A program made the position numbers and the translations under genes. This document shows positions 49,705 to 63,300 of a stretch of 64,000 nucleotides of DNA, one piece after another (position 1 is the stretch's first letter; every line of letters begins with the position of its first letter). The stretch spans positions 142,292,001 to 142,356,000 of the forward strand of contig NC_086097.1 of assembly GCF_963921235.1 (NCBI RefSeq), in the 5' to 3' direction. The notes beneath the pieces were generated by a model. The model saw nothing but the letters and a program-made list of their open reading frames with translations. It was not told the origin of the DNA and made no database searches. Source of the stretch: Mobula hypostoma (lineage: Eukaryota).

Positions 49705-51072
49705 AGACCGGTAGCACTCATATCGACAGTGATTAAATGCTTTGAGAGGTTGGTCATGAGTAAACTGAACTCCTGCCTCAGCAAGGACCTGGACCCATTG
49801 CAATTTGCCTATTGCCACAATAGGTCGACTACAGACACAATCTCAATGGCTCTCCACGCTGCTTTAGACCACCTAGACAATACAAACACCTACGTCAGGA
49901 TACCGCTCATCAGCTATAACTCAGTATTTAGTACCATCATTCCCACAATCCTGATTGAAAAGTTACAGAACCTGGGCCTCTGTACTTCCCTCTGAAATTG
50001 GATCCTCGACTTCCTAACTGGAAGACCACAGTCTGTGTGGATTGGTGATAACATATTCTCCTCACTAATAATCAACACTGGTGCACCTCAGGGGTGTGTG
50101 CTTAGCCCACTGCTCTACTCTCTGTATACACATGACTATGTGGCTAGGCATAACTCAAATACCCTCTATAAATTTGCTGACAATACAACCATTGTTGGTA
50201 GAAACTCAGGTGGTGTCAAGAGGGCGTACAGGAATGAGATATCCCAACTAGTGGAATGGTGCCGCAGCACCAACCTGGCACTCAACGTCAGTAAGTTGAA
50301 AGAGCTGATTGTGGACTTCAGGAAGGGCAAGACGAAGGAACACATACCAATCCTCAGAGGGATCAGAAGTGGAGAGAGTGAGCAGCTTCAAGTTCCTGGG
50401 TGTCAAGATCTCTGAGGATCTAACCTGGTCCCAACACATCGATGTAGTTATAAAGAAGGTAAGACAGCGGCTATAGTTTATGAGGAGTTTGAAGAGATTT
50501 GGCATGTCAACAAATACATTCAAAAACTTCTATAGTTGTACAGTGGAGAGCATTCTGACAGGCTGCATCACTGTCTGATATGGAGCGGCTACGGCACAGG
50601 ACCAAAAGCTGCAGAAGGTCATAAATCTAGTCAGCTCCATCTTGGGCACTAGCCTACAAAGTACCCAGAGAGCAGTGTCTCAGAAAGGCAGCATCCATTA
50701 TTAAGGACCTCCAGCACCCAGGGCATACCCTTTTCTCACTGTTACCATCAGGTAGGAGGTACAGAAGCCTGAAGGCACACACTGAGTGATTCAGGAACAG
50801 CTTCTTCCCCTCTGTCATCCAATTCCTAAATGGACATTGAAGCTTTGGACACAACTTCACTTTTTCTTAAAAAAAAGTATACAATATTTCTGTTTTTGCA
50901 CATTTTTAAAATCTATTATACATCTTATTATATATTGATTTACTTATTTATTGTTTTATTTTATTTATCATTTTTTTCTCTCTGCTAGATTATGTATTGC
51001 ATTGAACTGCTGCTGCTAAGTTAACAAATTTCACATCATATGCCAGTGATAATAAACCCGATTCTGATTTTG
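49705..51072 (+). mobile_element. Rex1/Babar-type LINE, 5'-truncated
   Basis: ORFs 49729-49995 and 50035-50415 ([26 protein letters not shown]). Tail AATAAACCCGATTCTGATT. Confidence 0.9.
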
Positions 51073-51482
51073 AATTGCAACCTTTATATTACATCAGTTG
51101 GAATGGATTTTGAAAAGACAGCAGGTTAATCATTAAACTCAGAACTTAGGTTAGGTTAGTGCATTTCAATCTTTCAAATCTTGTACAAATGAGTAACTGA
51201 TTACAAAATAAATTTTATAAAAGGTACTAAACTGCGACCCATTTATGTTATGAACTATATACCAAAGGAGAAAATGGAATTCTAATATCTTAACATCTGA
51301 AATGCTTGTTACTAACTGAATCATGGCACTCAATGCTCCCGTTCTCTTACACCATCTAGCTCACTCTACCCTCCCAAATATGTACTCTCACACAAAAGAC
51401 ATGGTGGCCAAGATTATTGGGGGGGGGGTCGAGGAGAAATAAAGAGGGAAAGATTGAAGATACCTTTGTGCTGTATTAGTAG

Positions 51483-52344
51483 TGTTACGAGAATACACAT
51501 AAAATTAAGATGTTTGCTGGCCTGGGTTAGCATCAGTGACATCAGCAGTTGGTCTGCCACCTGCCCTCAGGGGAAGGAGAGATAAGGAACAGTGGAGCAG
51601 CGTCTGGAGATGTGTGGTGAGGGGACGTGGGAGAGAGAGAGCTGTCTGGAGCGGCTCCCCCTTTGAACCCTGAGCTGTTTGAAGTGATGGACAGGCGGTA
51701 CCCCAGCAGGGGGATAAAAAGGGACAGGTTCGCTAAGACAGACACACACGCCACCCGAGGTAACGAGACCCTGGAAGCGGTGCGCCTCTCACGAGTGGGT
51801 GAGAAGTACCAGACAACGACAAGGGTGGAAAGGTACGATCAGCGGGAACCCGGTGTGTGTCCGCCCTTGCCTGGGTGCCGGGTTCACTGCAGAGGATCGA
51901 CCGCATCTGGAGGAGGGGTCACAGTCGGTGACCTCAGGTGACATCACCAAGGACCCGCCCAAGAGTTGCTCGTGAGCATCTCGTCGGTCTGTGAGTGAAG
52001 CTGTGCTGAAGGATGAGTTGTTCCTGTTCTCTCTGTCTCTCTTCCCGCACGTTGTCCATCGCCATGGCAACGATTACTGCGAACTGAACTACTAACTGGA
52101 CTGAACTTTGAGTCATTTTGAAATTTGGTCATTTACCCCTAGACAACGATAGAGCTTGATTGATGCTGTTATCTTAATGCTGTGCACATGTGTGTTTATC
52201 ATCACTGAACTGTTGCATTTATTATCCTTTCGATTACTGTGTTGCTTGTTTCTTTAATAAAACTTTCTTAGTTCTAGTACTCCAGACTCCAACTGAGTGA
52301 TCCATTTCTGCTGGTTTGGCAACCCAGTTACGGGGTACGTAACA
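51483..52344 (+). mobile_element. Solo LTR, 862 bp, Gypsy-like
   Basis: Perfect terminal inverted repeat TGTTACG...CGTAACA; TSD GTAG at 51479-51482 and 52345-52348. GATAAAAA at ~51713 and AATAAA at 52256-52261. CpG-rich. Confidence 0.92.
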
Positions 52345-52394
52345 GTAGCCAGTGACACAAATCAAACTGAAGAAACTCAGCAGATTGAACATCT

Positions 52395-54075
52395 CAGAAT
52401 CAGATTTAATATCTTTAGCACGTCATGAAATTTGTTGTTTTGCAGCAGCAGTGCAGGACATTGCAAAATATTAATTAAAAACACATATATAATTAAATAA
52501 TTGGTGGAAGGAGATGGAAAAGTACTGCCTGAAATAGTGCTCATGGGCTCTTTGTCCATTCAGAAATCTAACAGCAGAGGGGAAGAAGTTGTTCCTAAAA
52601 TGTTGAGAGTGTGTCTTCTGGCTCCTGCACCTCCTCCTTGATAGCAGCAATGAGAGAAGGACATGTGCTGGGTCCTTAATGATGGATGCCATCTTTTTGA
52701 GGCACAGCCTTTTGACAGTGTCCTCGATGCTAGGGAGGCTAGTGCCCGTGGAGCTGGCTAAGTCTACAAGTTTCTGCAGCTTTTTCCCCCAATCCTATTC
52801 AGTGGCCCCCTCCATGCCAGAAAGTGGTGCAACCACTTAGAATGCTCTCCACTGTAAATCTGTAGAAATTTGCAAGCATCTTCAGTGATACGCAAATTCT
52901 CCTCAAACTCCTGATGAAATATAGCTGCTGCCAAGCCCTCTCTGTAATTGCATCAATATGTTGAACTTAGGATAGATCCTAAGAGATGATAACACCCAGA
53001 AACTTGAAAATGTTCACCCTTTCCACCTTCTGATCCCTCAATGAGGACTGGTGTATTCCCCTGACTTCCTCTTCCTGAAGTCCACAATCAATTCATTGGT
53101 CTTATTGATGTTTGGTGCAAGGTTGTAGCTGCTACACCACTCAACCAGCTGATCTATCCCACTCCTGTATGCCTCTTCATCACCACCTGAAATCCTGCCA
53201 AAAATAGGTGTGTCACCTGCAAATTTATAGATTGTGTTTGACCTGTGCCTAGCCACACAGTCATGGGTGTGGAGAGAGCAGAGCAGTGGGCTAAGCATGC
53301 ATCCTTGAAGTACACCAGTATTGGCTGTCAGCAAGAAGGGAATGTTATTTTCGATCTGCACAGATTGTGGTATCCTGCTGAGGAAGTCAAGGATCCAGTT
53401 GCACAGGGAGGTACAGAGACCCATGTTTTGGAGCTTGTTGATTAGAAGTGAAGATATAATTGTGTTAAATGCCGAACTGTTGTCAATAAGCAGCACAGCA
53501 ACATAGGTATTATTATTGTCCAGGTGATTCAAGGCCTAGTAGAGAGCCTGTGAGATTGCATCTATTGTAAACCTATTGTAATGACAGGCAAATTGCAGCA
53601 GGTCCAGGTCCTTGCTTAGGCAGGAGTTGATTCTAGCTATGACCAACCTCTTAAAGCACCTCATCAATGTAGATGAGAGTATCACTGGGTGATATTCATT
53701 GAGGCAACTCACCCTGATCTTCTTGGGCACTGGCATGATTGTTGACCTTCTGAAGCAGGTGGTAACCTTCAATTGAACAGTAAGAGATTGAAGATATCCT
53801 CCTGCCAGTTGGTTGGCACAGGTTTTCAGAGGTACACCCAGCTCCACCATCAGAGCCTGATGCCTTGCAAGGATGCACTAATGTCAGCATACAAGACAGA
53901 GATCATAGGGTCACCAGATGTTGCAGGGATTGCTTTGTTCAAAGCATGCGCAAAAAGGCACTGAGCTCATTTCGGAGTGAAGCACCTTAGGCATTCATGT
54001 TATGTTTCGCTTTGTAGGGATTAATGGCCTCAAACTCTACCAGAGCCGACGTACATTCAATACAGTCTCTAAACT
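52395..54075 (-). mobile_element. Decayed Rex1/Babar-type LINE
   Basis: ORFs 53038-53532, 53536-53850 and 52471-52692. Tail TCAGAATCAGATTTAAT at ~52395-52410. Confidence 0.88.
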
Positions 54076-54282
54076 CAATCTGAATTTTTGGGCCAGAAAA
54101 GAAATTGTTAATGTTTCAGGTCAAGATCCTGCATTGGGATGTAGTGAAAAGTCCTGATGCAGCACCTTGACCCACAATGTCAACAATTCCCCCACCCACC
54201 CTCAGATGCTGCTCCAGCAGCTCATTTCTTGCGGGATACTCCAACATCTGCAGTCTCATATATCCAATGATAAAACCAGTTA

Positions 54283-55991
54283 TAGTCCGTGAGCCAGTAG
54301 GGTTGGTCCATACCATCTGAGGGGAATAATGCTCAGTGATTTTTGGCAAGGTATACATCTCTAGAGTTAGAAAATATGATAGCATTGCACCAGTGGTAGC
54401 TTTATTACTTCAAATAAGTAATCACTTTTTGTATATATTCCATATTAACATCAGTACAGCAGAAAATGTTACCCCACCCCCCAAAAGGTAAGAAACCTCA
54501 TTTGGAGAGATTTCTGGAGTTTTATCAATGTCATGATATTTCCCATATTATTTTATCAAATCAAAACAATCTTAAGCTTTTGTCATAGCATACAGAATTA
54601 CAGTACAATAATTCAAATGTGGGGTTCCACACGGCCATAGCCTAGACCCCATTTGGTTGTGAAATGAATATATTTAATCAAAGACTGTTTTCCATACTTT
54701 CATAACTTATTAATAATCATAATAATTTTCCAAGTCTTCCACATCTTCATCTGAACCTTCCACACACTCTGAGGTGGATGCCTTGGTTCTCACAGTCTGC
54801 CAGTCTACACATGTCAGTACACCGAGGCCATTTGCAACACACATACATCTTGGGAGTGAACATTTTTTTTGGACAGTTTCAGGCCAGTAGATCCAGGACG
54901 GCATCGGGTGCTGGCTGGCCTTCCATCCAGTGCACCACCAACTGTTCAGCTTCCTCTTCTCTCTCCATCTTCCATCCTCTGCCAACAGGGCTTGGCACTT
55001 GTGGGTCCTTCTCCAAACACCAGCCTGGTAGTTGGCTTGTTGTGCATGTTTTGTTAAGCAGTCCTTGCATGGTGGGAGTTGATGACTTTCAATTTCACCT
55101 TTTTTAGCACAGAAAAGGTGATACCTGAGCTCACTGACCTTGATAATCGATGCTTTTGGGGCATACAGGAGACGTTTAAATGCCTCCAGTTTGTCCATCA
55201 GTTCTGGGGAGAGGTCCCATGCCTGACCCAACTCTATGAATGTGTCCTGAGTTTTCCTGTCGCTGGTCACAGGTTTTAGGGCACTTGTCTTCCCTTTGCC
55301 TGCAAAAGCGCTTACAGTGTCACATCTTGTATATGCGTGCAACCCAATGAGAGCCCTACAAACCTCTATGCCAACAGTGGCAGCAACCTTCCTGGTGTCT
55401 ACACGTCTTGTACGGGTTCTAGTGCCACACTTCTGGAACAATGGAGCCTCAATCTTGTCACAAAATGCTAAAGACGTGATAAAGGCATCTGTGTCTTCTG
55501 AGCAGATCGCTACAGATCGGTACCCCTCTCTTGTGGCATGGGCAGCATGGAGAAGTAGGCAGCCATCTGCTTCTTGTTGACACTGAAGAGCTGACACCTC
55601 CTCACTGTCTTGAGATGTGATTCTGTAACATCTGTCATTCACAGTCGCATACAGAATCTTCTCCTGTAGCTTTGCTCTATACTCCGCCTTCCTTCATTCA
55701 TGGAGTATGAAGCTAATGAGTCTATTTTTGTTACTGACTTTGGTCAGGAAGCTCCTCCACTGCCTCACCAACTGTGTGCCTGTGATACCCTGCAACTCGT
55801 GACCAGTCTCTTCACCCCGCAGAGATCTTTCACTATTCTTGATAGAGTTCTACACAGAAAGCTACCACTGCTGCAATGCTATCACATATTTTCTAGCACT
55901 TGGGGAGTATACCTTGCCAAAAATCACTATAAGAATTATTCCCCCCAGATGATACCAGTGGCCCAAATTTGAGGTCCTGGCTCACGGACTA
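54283..55991 (-). mobile_element. Academ (AcademX-type) DNA transposon, internally deleted
   Basis: Termini TAGTCCGTGAGCCAG ... CTGGCTCACGGACTA with ~125-bp imperfect TIRs. The internal ORF carries XPG-like nuclease motifs. Confidence 0.85.
54710..55830 (-). pseudogene. C-terminal part of an Academ transposase (XPG/FEN1-like domain + Cys-rich tail), frameshifted near 55010
   Basis: QEADGCLLLHAAHA, SEDTD, LIGLHAYTRCDTVSAFAGKGK, LPPC...H...ANYQAGVW, PSPVGRGW, W...QPAPDAVLDLLA and KKCSLPRCMCVANGL motifs. Confidence 0.82.
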
Positions 55992-56914
55992 TAACTCTGT
56001 GCCTGGTTGCCTGCTTCAAAGGCATAGGCCAAACTGTAGTGGTGATCAGGCTAAATTAAAAGCACTTCCAATAAAGACACAGTGGCCATTTCATACTCTG
56101 GTACAAGTCATCAGCTTGAATACTGACATTTGTCCTTTTAGCTAAATATAGGATATCAGTCATTGGTTAGAAACACTAACGTCTCACCATCCTGGCTCTG
56201 ACTGGCCTTCAATCAGAGTGAGCTGGTTTATAGTACATGCAGTGTAGAATGATTTAAAATTGCACAATATTTCAATTACCATGGAATATAACAGTTTAAT
56301 TATTCAAATCAAACACACATCAGACATACATACATCAATTAAACTGTAGGCTCTTTTCCCATCTCTGGGCCTGTTAATAGGACATTTAACGGAGTGAAAT
56401 ACAGAACCACCAAGTATTTGGAATGTGACATTCTACACCAGCTGCTGCAATCATCACTGTAGCTTAGTGTCATTCTTTTTAAAAACATATACACATAAAT
56501 ACTTCCAAGTATAGAAAGATGAAAACTTAAAGGCAGGAAAAAATGGAGAATGCTAGAAATACTCAGCAGGTTGTTCAACATCTTCCAGGTTATACTTTTA
56601 AAACCAACCAAACTAGGAAAAGATTTAAAGTAATTAGCAATCAAATGTTTTCATCCCTAATATTTCCTCATTTAGTAGGAAAAAACATTCTAGATATAGC
56701 AATGACTGACTCACTCAGAAAATGACAATAGGATTATGCAAAGTCAACATAGACTATTGAATGGGAAAATCACTTAACAAAATTATTACCGTTCTTTAAG
56801 GTTGTAACAGATTAAAAAATGAGAGTTGATTTAATAAAGTTACATTTCAACTTTCAGAATGCCTTTAACACATGAAGACTTATCAAACCAAGCTAGATTT
56901 TACAGCATTGAGAA

Positions 56915-58180
56915 CAACAGGAAATTACAAGCCAGTTAGCCTGACTTCAGTGGATGGGAAGATGTTGGAGTCCATTTTTAAGGATGAAGTTTCAGGGTAC
57001 CTAAAAGCACAAGATACAATAGGCTAAAGTCAGCATGGTTTCCTTAAGGGGAAATCTGACAAATCTGTTGGAATTCATTGAGGAAATAACAGGTAAGACA
57101 GGTAAAGCAGTCAGTGAATATTGTATACTTGGATTTTCAGAAGGCCTTTGACAAGGCTGCACATGAGGATGATAAACAAGAACCCCTGGTGTTACAGGAA
57201 AGATACAATGCACAAAAGGGTGGAATAAAGGACACCTTTCCAAGTGGCAACTGGTGTTCTGCAGGGATTGGTGTTAAGACCACTTGGTTTCATGTTATTC
57301 ATCATTGATATGGTTGACAGAATTGATGGGTTATGGTCAATTTTGTGGACAACTAAGATAAATGGAGGAAGCAGGGAGTTTTCAGTTAAGAGAATGGACA
57401 AAGTGGCAGATAGAATACAGTATAGGGAAATATATGGTCATGCACTTTGGTAGATGGAATAAAAGCAAAGACTATTTTCTAAATGGGAAGAAAATTCAGA
57501 AATCAAAAGGTGCAAAGAGACTTGGGAGCCCCCATGAAGGACTCCCTAAAATTTAACCTGCAGGTTAAGTCAATGCTAGCATTCATTTTCCAAGACCTAC
57601 AATATAAAAGCAAGGATATGATGCTGAGGCTTTTTAAGGCATTGACCAGACAGCACTTAAGAGTATTGGGCCCCTTATCAAAGAATAGATGTGCTGGCAT
57701 TGGAGAGAGTCCTGAGGATGTTCACAAAAATTATGCCAGGAATTAAAGGGATAACATGAGAAGCATTTGATGGCTCTGGGCCTGTCCTTGCTGGAATTTA
57801 GAAGAATGAGGGAGGATCTCATTGAAACTTCACAAATATTGAAAGACCTAGATAGAATGAATGTGGAGAGGATGTTTCCTATAATGGGCGAGTCTAGAAC
57901 CAGACAGCACTGCCTCAGAATAGAGGGATGTCTCTTTAGAACAGAGATGAGGAAAAATTTCTTTGGGGGGGGTGGTGAATCTGTGAAATTCATTGCCATT
58001 GACTGCTGTGGAGACCAAGCAGAGGTTGATGGGTTCCTGATTAGTAAAGGCATCAAAGGTTATAGAGAGAAGGCAGGAGAATGTATTGAGAGAGATAATA
58101 AATCAACAATGAATGAATGGCAGAACAGACTTGATGGGCCGAATGGTCTAATTCTGATGCAATGTCTTGTAGTCTTATAA
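56915..58180 (+). mobile_element. Decayed CR1 RT + 3'UTR
   Basis: VYLDFQKAFDK and QYKSKDMMLRLFKAL motifs; ORF 57767-58180. Confidence 0.85.
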
Positions 58181-58224
58181 TACAAGGGATTGACGACTGA
58201 TTACAGAAGAAATAAGAGGGTCAT

Positions 58225-59860
58225 TTTCCAAGTGGAGAGTCTGCCAGATAGCATCTGCTGTAGAGTTATTCTTGCACATTTCAGCAGGTACAGATCCTTG
58301 ATCAGGTAGGAGTTAATTATAGCCAAGACCAATGTCTGAAAGCACTTCATCACAATAGATCCGAGTACTACTGAGCTACAGTCATTGATGCAACTCATCC
58401 TGCTCTTCTTTAGCATTGGTATGATTGATGGTCTTTTGAAGCAGGTGGGAACCTCCAACTTCAGGTTCAAAGGGTTGAAGATGTCCTCAAACATTCCAGC
58501 CAGTTGGTTGACACAAGTTTTCAGTATCCTGTCAGGTACACAATTTGATCCCAATATCTTGCAAGGGTTCACCCTTTGAAGGATGCTGTAATGTCAGTCT
58601 ACAAGACAGATCATACAGTCATCAGATGCTCTGCAGATTCACCCAGGTGTAGTTTTATTCTCCCTTTCAAAGTGAGCATAAAAGGCATTGAGCTCAGAAA
58701 GTAAAGCATCACAGACATTTATGCTATTTGGTGTTTCCTTATAGGAAGTAAAGGCATGCAACCCTGCCACAGCTGCTTTTCATCTGATTGTGACTCCAAC
58801 TTCACTGGGAATGTTTTTTCACTCTCACAATGCCTTCTGTAGATCGTACCTGACTTCGTGTAGGGTTCTACATCACCAGTATTAAATGCCATACGGCCCT
58901 CAGCAGGCTATGAATCTCCTGGCTCATCCACAGCTTCTGGTTTGTGCATGTTCTTGAAGGCACACATTTATCCTTGCAGGTCTTGATAAAGTCTGAGACT
59001 ACTGTGGCATATTCATTCAGAACAGAGGTTGAATGCCCGAATATAGTCCAGCACACCAATTCTATGCAGTCTTGCAAGTGCTCTGCTGCTTTCATTGACC
59101 ATACCTTTACGGTCCCCACCACAGCTGTTGCAGTTGTCAGTCTCTACCTATATACTAGGAATAGAAGTACAGCCAGATGATCAGACTTGCCAAAGTGCAG
59201 GTGTGGAATGGCACAGTAAGGATTCTTGATGGTGGTGTAACAGTGATCATGCACTGGCTCCTCTGGTACCATGGGCATCATGTTGGTGGTAGTTTCTTTG
59301 AGACTTCTTTACACTGGTATAGTTTAAGCCCCCACAATGATCAGGAAAGCATTAGGGTGTGCTGTCGTGTGACAGCCGATCACGGTGCTCAGCTCCTCTA
59401 TTGTCAGCTTCATGTTTGCAGGGGTGGCAAGTACACTGCAGTGAGGATGATAGCAGAGAACTTCCTTGGCAGGTAAAATGGACCACACTTGATTGCAGGG
59501 TATTCAAGGTTGGGGGAGCAGGATTAAGACAATTGAAACATCTGTGCACTACATTGAGTCAACCATGAAGCAAACGCTGCTGCCTCTGCCTTCACTCGAT
59601 ATTGATGTCCAGTCCACGTGGTGGAAGTTAAAGCCTTCAGTCTGGAGTGCTGTGTTCAGAGGGCTAGGGGCAAGCCTCATCTCTATGAAGCAGAATACAC
59701 AGTAGTCTCCGGTGCCCTCTGGTATTGCAATCTTACTTGGAGGTCTTCAAATTTATTTTCCAAAGATTGTGCATTAACCAGGACAATAGTACAGAGGAGG
59801 AACCTTAGGGCCCTGCATTTCAGTTGTATCTGCAGCCCTGCCTAGCAAGCATGTTTCCTG
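58225..59860 (-). mobile_element. Decayed Rex1/Babar-type LINE (5'/central part)
   Basis: ORFs 58201-58572 (LKTCVNQLAGMFEDIFN) and 58868-59122. Confidence 0.75.
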
Positions 59861-59974
59861 AGACAATGAAGACATTCCTAAGCTTCTTGCTACTCACTCA
59901 CCCCCCAGGTGGCCTGCAGTCAAGTCTGTTGATTTTGAAGATAGCGCTTTTTTTTAAATGACTTGAAACAACGT

Positions 59975-60080
59975 TCAAGCAACACACACAAAATGCTGGT
60001 GGAATGCAGCAGACCAGACAGCATCTATAGGAAGAGGTACAGTCGACATTTTGGGCCAAGCCCCTTCGTCAGGACTGATG
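59975..60080 (-). mobile_element. Penelope-like terminal repeat containing a decayed minimal hammerhead ribozyme
   Basis: Minus strand reads CAGTC-CTGACGA-AGGGGCTTGGCCC-AAAA-TGTC-GACTG. Confidence 0.65.
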
Positions 60081-60387
60081 GGGGGGCGGGGGGGGGTAGT
60101 TTGTCCATCCAGTGGGAGATTGGGAGATGAATATATGAATATAGGTGAATATCCAGTGAGAGCTGCTACAGATGGAGGAGGGGCACATTCCAACAGGTAT
60201 GTGGATAAGGAAGGTGTAGAGAGACACAGACCTAATGCAGGCAAATAGAATTAGTTTCGACAGGCACCAGTCAGCACAAGAACGAAAAAGTGAAGAGCAG
60301 CAGTAGACCAGATAAGATGAGCTGAACGGGTCTTTTCAGTGTTGTGTTTCAATAATTCCATAAATATTTTTAATGGTGTGTTAATTC

Positions 60388-63300
60388 CACTGGACAACCA
60401 AGATTTTGTTTCCTGAATACTCTTGGGTGTATCTTATGGATTTTAGGCTGCCAATCATGAAAATCACCATGAAATTTCCCCATCATGCACCTTTGTATTG
60501 GAATTGCCTAGATTAGTTACTTCAATTCATTACTGAAGTCAATTGAAATGTTGGCCACAATGCATGTTGAAAAGTTTTCCATCTTATCCAGGAATGCCTG
60601 GGCATGTTATGGGTTGCCAGCATGACCCACAACAATAACATCTTTTTACTGATTCTTCAGTGTTAAGCCTGAAAGCTGTGCTGCTACACAATGGCAATGT
60701 CCACCCTTCAGTACCAATCAGCCATGCAGTACACATGAAACAAAACTACCAAAATTTGGAAGTCTTGTTGAAACACATGCAGTGTAGCAACTACAAATGA
60801 GCATCTGTGGTGATCTGAAAGTGAATGCAGCTCTGATACCCCAAATCCTGTTGTTTCGTTTACGAATGGGATAGCCATGCTAAAGAAACTCATTACAATA
60901 ATAAGGATTGGCCACCCCATAAGCGATTGGTTCCACAGCAGTGAAATGTGGCACACAAGCCACTTGTAGACCCAATGAAGATATTTTTGCCTCCTCTTCA
61001 TACAAAACTGGGACTTACGAAACATTTCTTTCAAAGCAATAAACAAGGAAGGTAAAGAATTTCAATACTTGAGACAGAGGTTTCCCAGAGTAACCAAGAT
61101 TAAGGCAGGCATTTTTGTTGGTCCACAAATCAAACAGCTCATTAATGACAGGCAATTCAAAGAACTTCTAGTGGAACCTGCAAAAGTCACATGGAATACA
61201 TTCAACGATAATGCTGAAGATTTCCTTTTGACAACGACAGAGCACAAAACTACATGCAGATGGCTAACAACATGCTTCAGGCATACAAAACCATGAAGTG
61301 CAACATGTCACTAAAGATTCATTTTCTGCATTCCAATTTGACATCTTTCCTGCAAATCATGATGCCGTCAGTGACGAGCACAGTGAAAGGCTTCACCAGG
61401 ACATTACAGTCATGGGGAAATCAGAATCAGGTTTATTATCATCTTGAAATTTGTTAACTTAGCAGCAGCAGTTCAATGCAATACATAATATAGAACAAAA
61501 AATATAATAATCAATTACAGTATATATTGAATAGATTAAAAATCTTGCAAAAAACAGAAATATATGGGAAGAAGATGTTCCTGAATTGCTGAGTGTGTGC
61601 CTTCAGGCTTCTGTACCTCCTACCCGATGGCAACAGTGAGAAAAGAGCATGCCCTGGGGTGCTAGAGATTCTTAATAATGGGCGCTGCCTTTCTGATACT
61701 GCTCCTGGGTACTTTGTGGGCTAGTACCCAAGATGGAGCCGACCTGCTGCAGCTTCTTTCAGTCCTGTGCAGTAGCCCCCCACCCCCCCACCAGACGGTG
61801 ATGCAGCCTGTCAGAATACTCTCTCCAAGGTACAACTATAGAAGTTTGAGTGTATTTGTTGACATACCGAATCTCTTCAAACTCCTAATGAAGTATAGCC
61901 ACTGTCTTGCCTTCTTTATAACTGCATTGATACGTTGGGACCACATTAGATCCTCAGAGATCTTGACACCCAGGAACTTGAAACTGCTCGCTCTTTCCAC
62001 TTCTGATCCCTCTATGAGGATTGGTATATGTTCCTTTGTCTTACCCTTCCTGAAGTCCACAATCAGCTCTTTCGTCTTACTAATGTTGAGTGCCAGGTTG
62101 TTGCTGCGACACCACTTCACTAATTGGCATATCTCGCTCTTGTACGCCCTCTCGTCACCACCTCAGATTCTACCAACAATGGTTGTATCATCAGCAACTT
62201 TATAAATGGTATTTCAGCTACACCTAACCACACAGTCATGTGTATATAGAAAGTAGAGCAGTGGGCTAAGCACACACCCCTGAGGTGTGCCAGTGTTGAT
62301 CATCAGCGAGGAGGAGATGTTATCACCAATCCATACAGATTGTGGTCTTCTGGTTAGTAAGTTGAGGATCCAATTGCAGAAGAAGGTACAGAGGCCCAGG
62401 TTCTGCAAATTCTCGGTCAGGATTGTGGGAAAGATGGTATTAAATGCTGAGCTAATGTCGATGAACAGCATCCTGATTATAGGTCTGTGTGTTGTCCAGG
62501 TGGTCTAAAGCCATGTGAAAAGCTATTCAGTTTGCATCTACCATTGATCTACTGTGGCGATTGGCAAATTACAATGGGTCCAGGTCCTTGCTGAGGCAGG
62601 AGTTCAATCTAGTCATAACCAACCTCTCAAAGCATTTCATCACTGTAGATGTGAGTGCTACTAGGTGATAGTCATTAACGCGGCTCACATTCTTCTTCTT
62701 CTTAGCCACTGGTATAACTGTTGCCTTTTTGAAGCAAGTGGGAACTTCCGCCCATAGCAGTGAGAGGTTGAAAATGTCCTTGAATACTCCCGCCAGTTCA
62801 CTGGCACAGGTTTTCAGAGCCTTACCAGGTACTCCATCAGGACCTTCCACCTTGTGAGGGCTCACTCTCTTTAAAGACAGCCTAACATCAGCCTCTGAGA
62901 CAGAGATCACAGGGTCATCAGGTGCAGCAGGGTTCTTCACAGCTGTAATTATATTCTCCCTTTCAAAGCAGGCATAGAAAGTGTTGAGTTCATCTGGTAG
63001 TTAAGTATCAGGGCAATTTATGCTTTGGTTTCACTTTGTAGGAACTAGTGTCTTGCAAACCCTGTCAAGAGTTGTCGTATATCCAATGTCACGTCCAACC
63101 TCATTCGAAATTGTCTCTTTGCCCTTGAAGCAGCCCTCTGCAAATCATACCCGGTTTTCTGGTACAGGCCTGGATCACCAGGTTCAAATGCCACAGATCT
63201 AGCCTTCAGCAGATGACATACCTCCTGGTTCATCCACGGCTGTTGGTTTGGGACTGTACAGTAAGTCTTCGTAGGCACACACTCATCCACACAGGTTTTA

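Noticed and set aside
51542..52132. Cluster of overlapping short ORFs in GC-rich DNA
   Set aside because: All lie inside the solo LTR; a by-product of high GC content.
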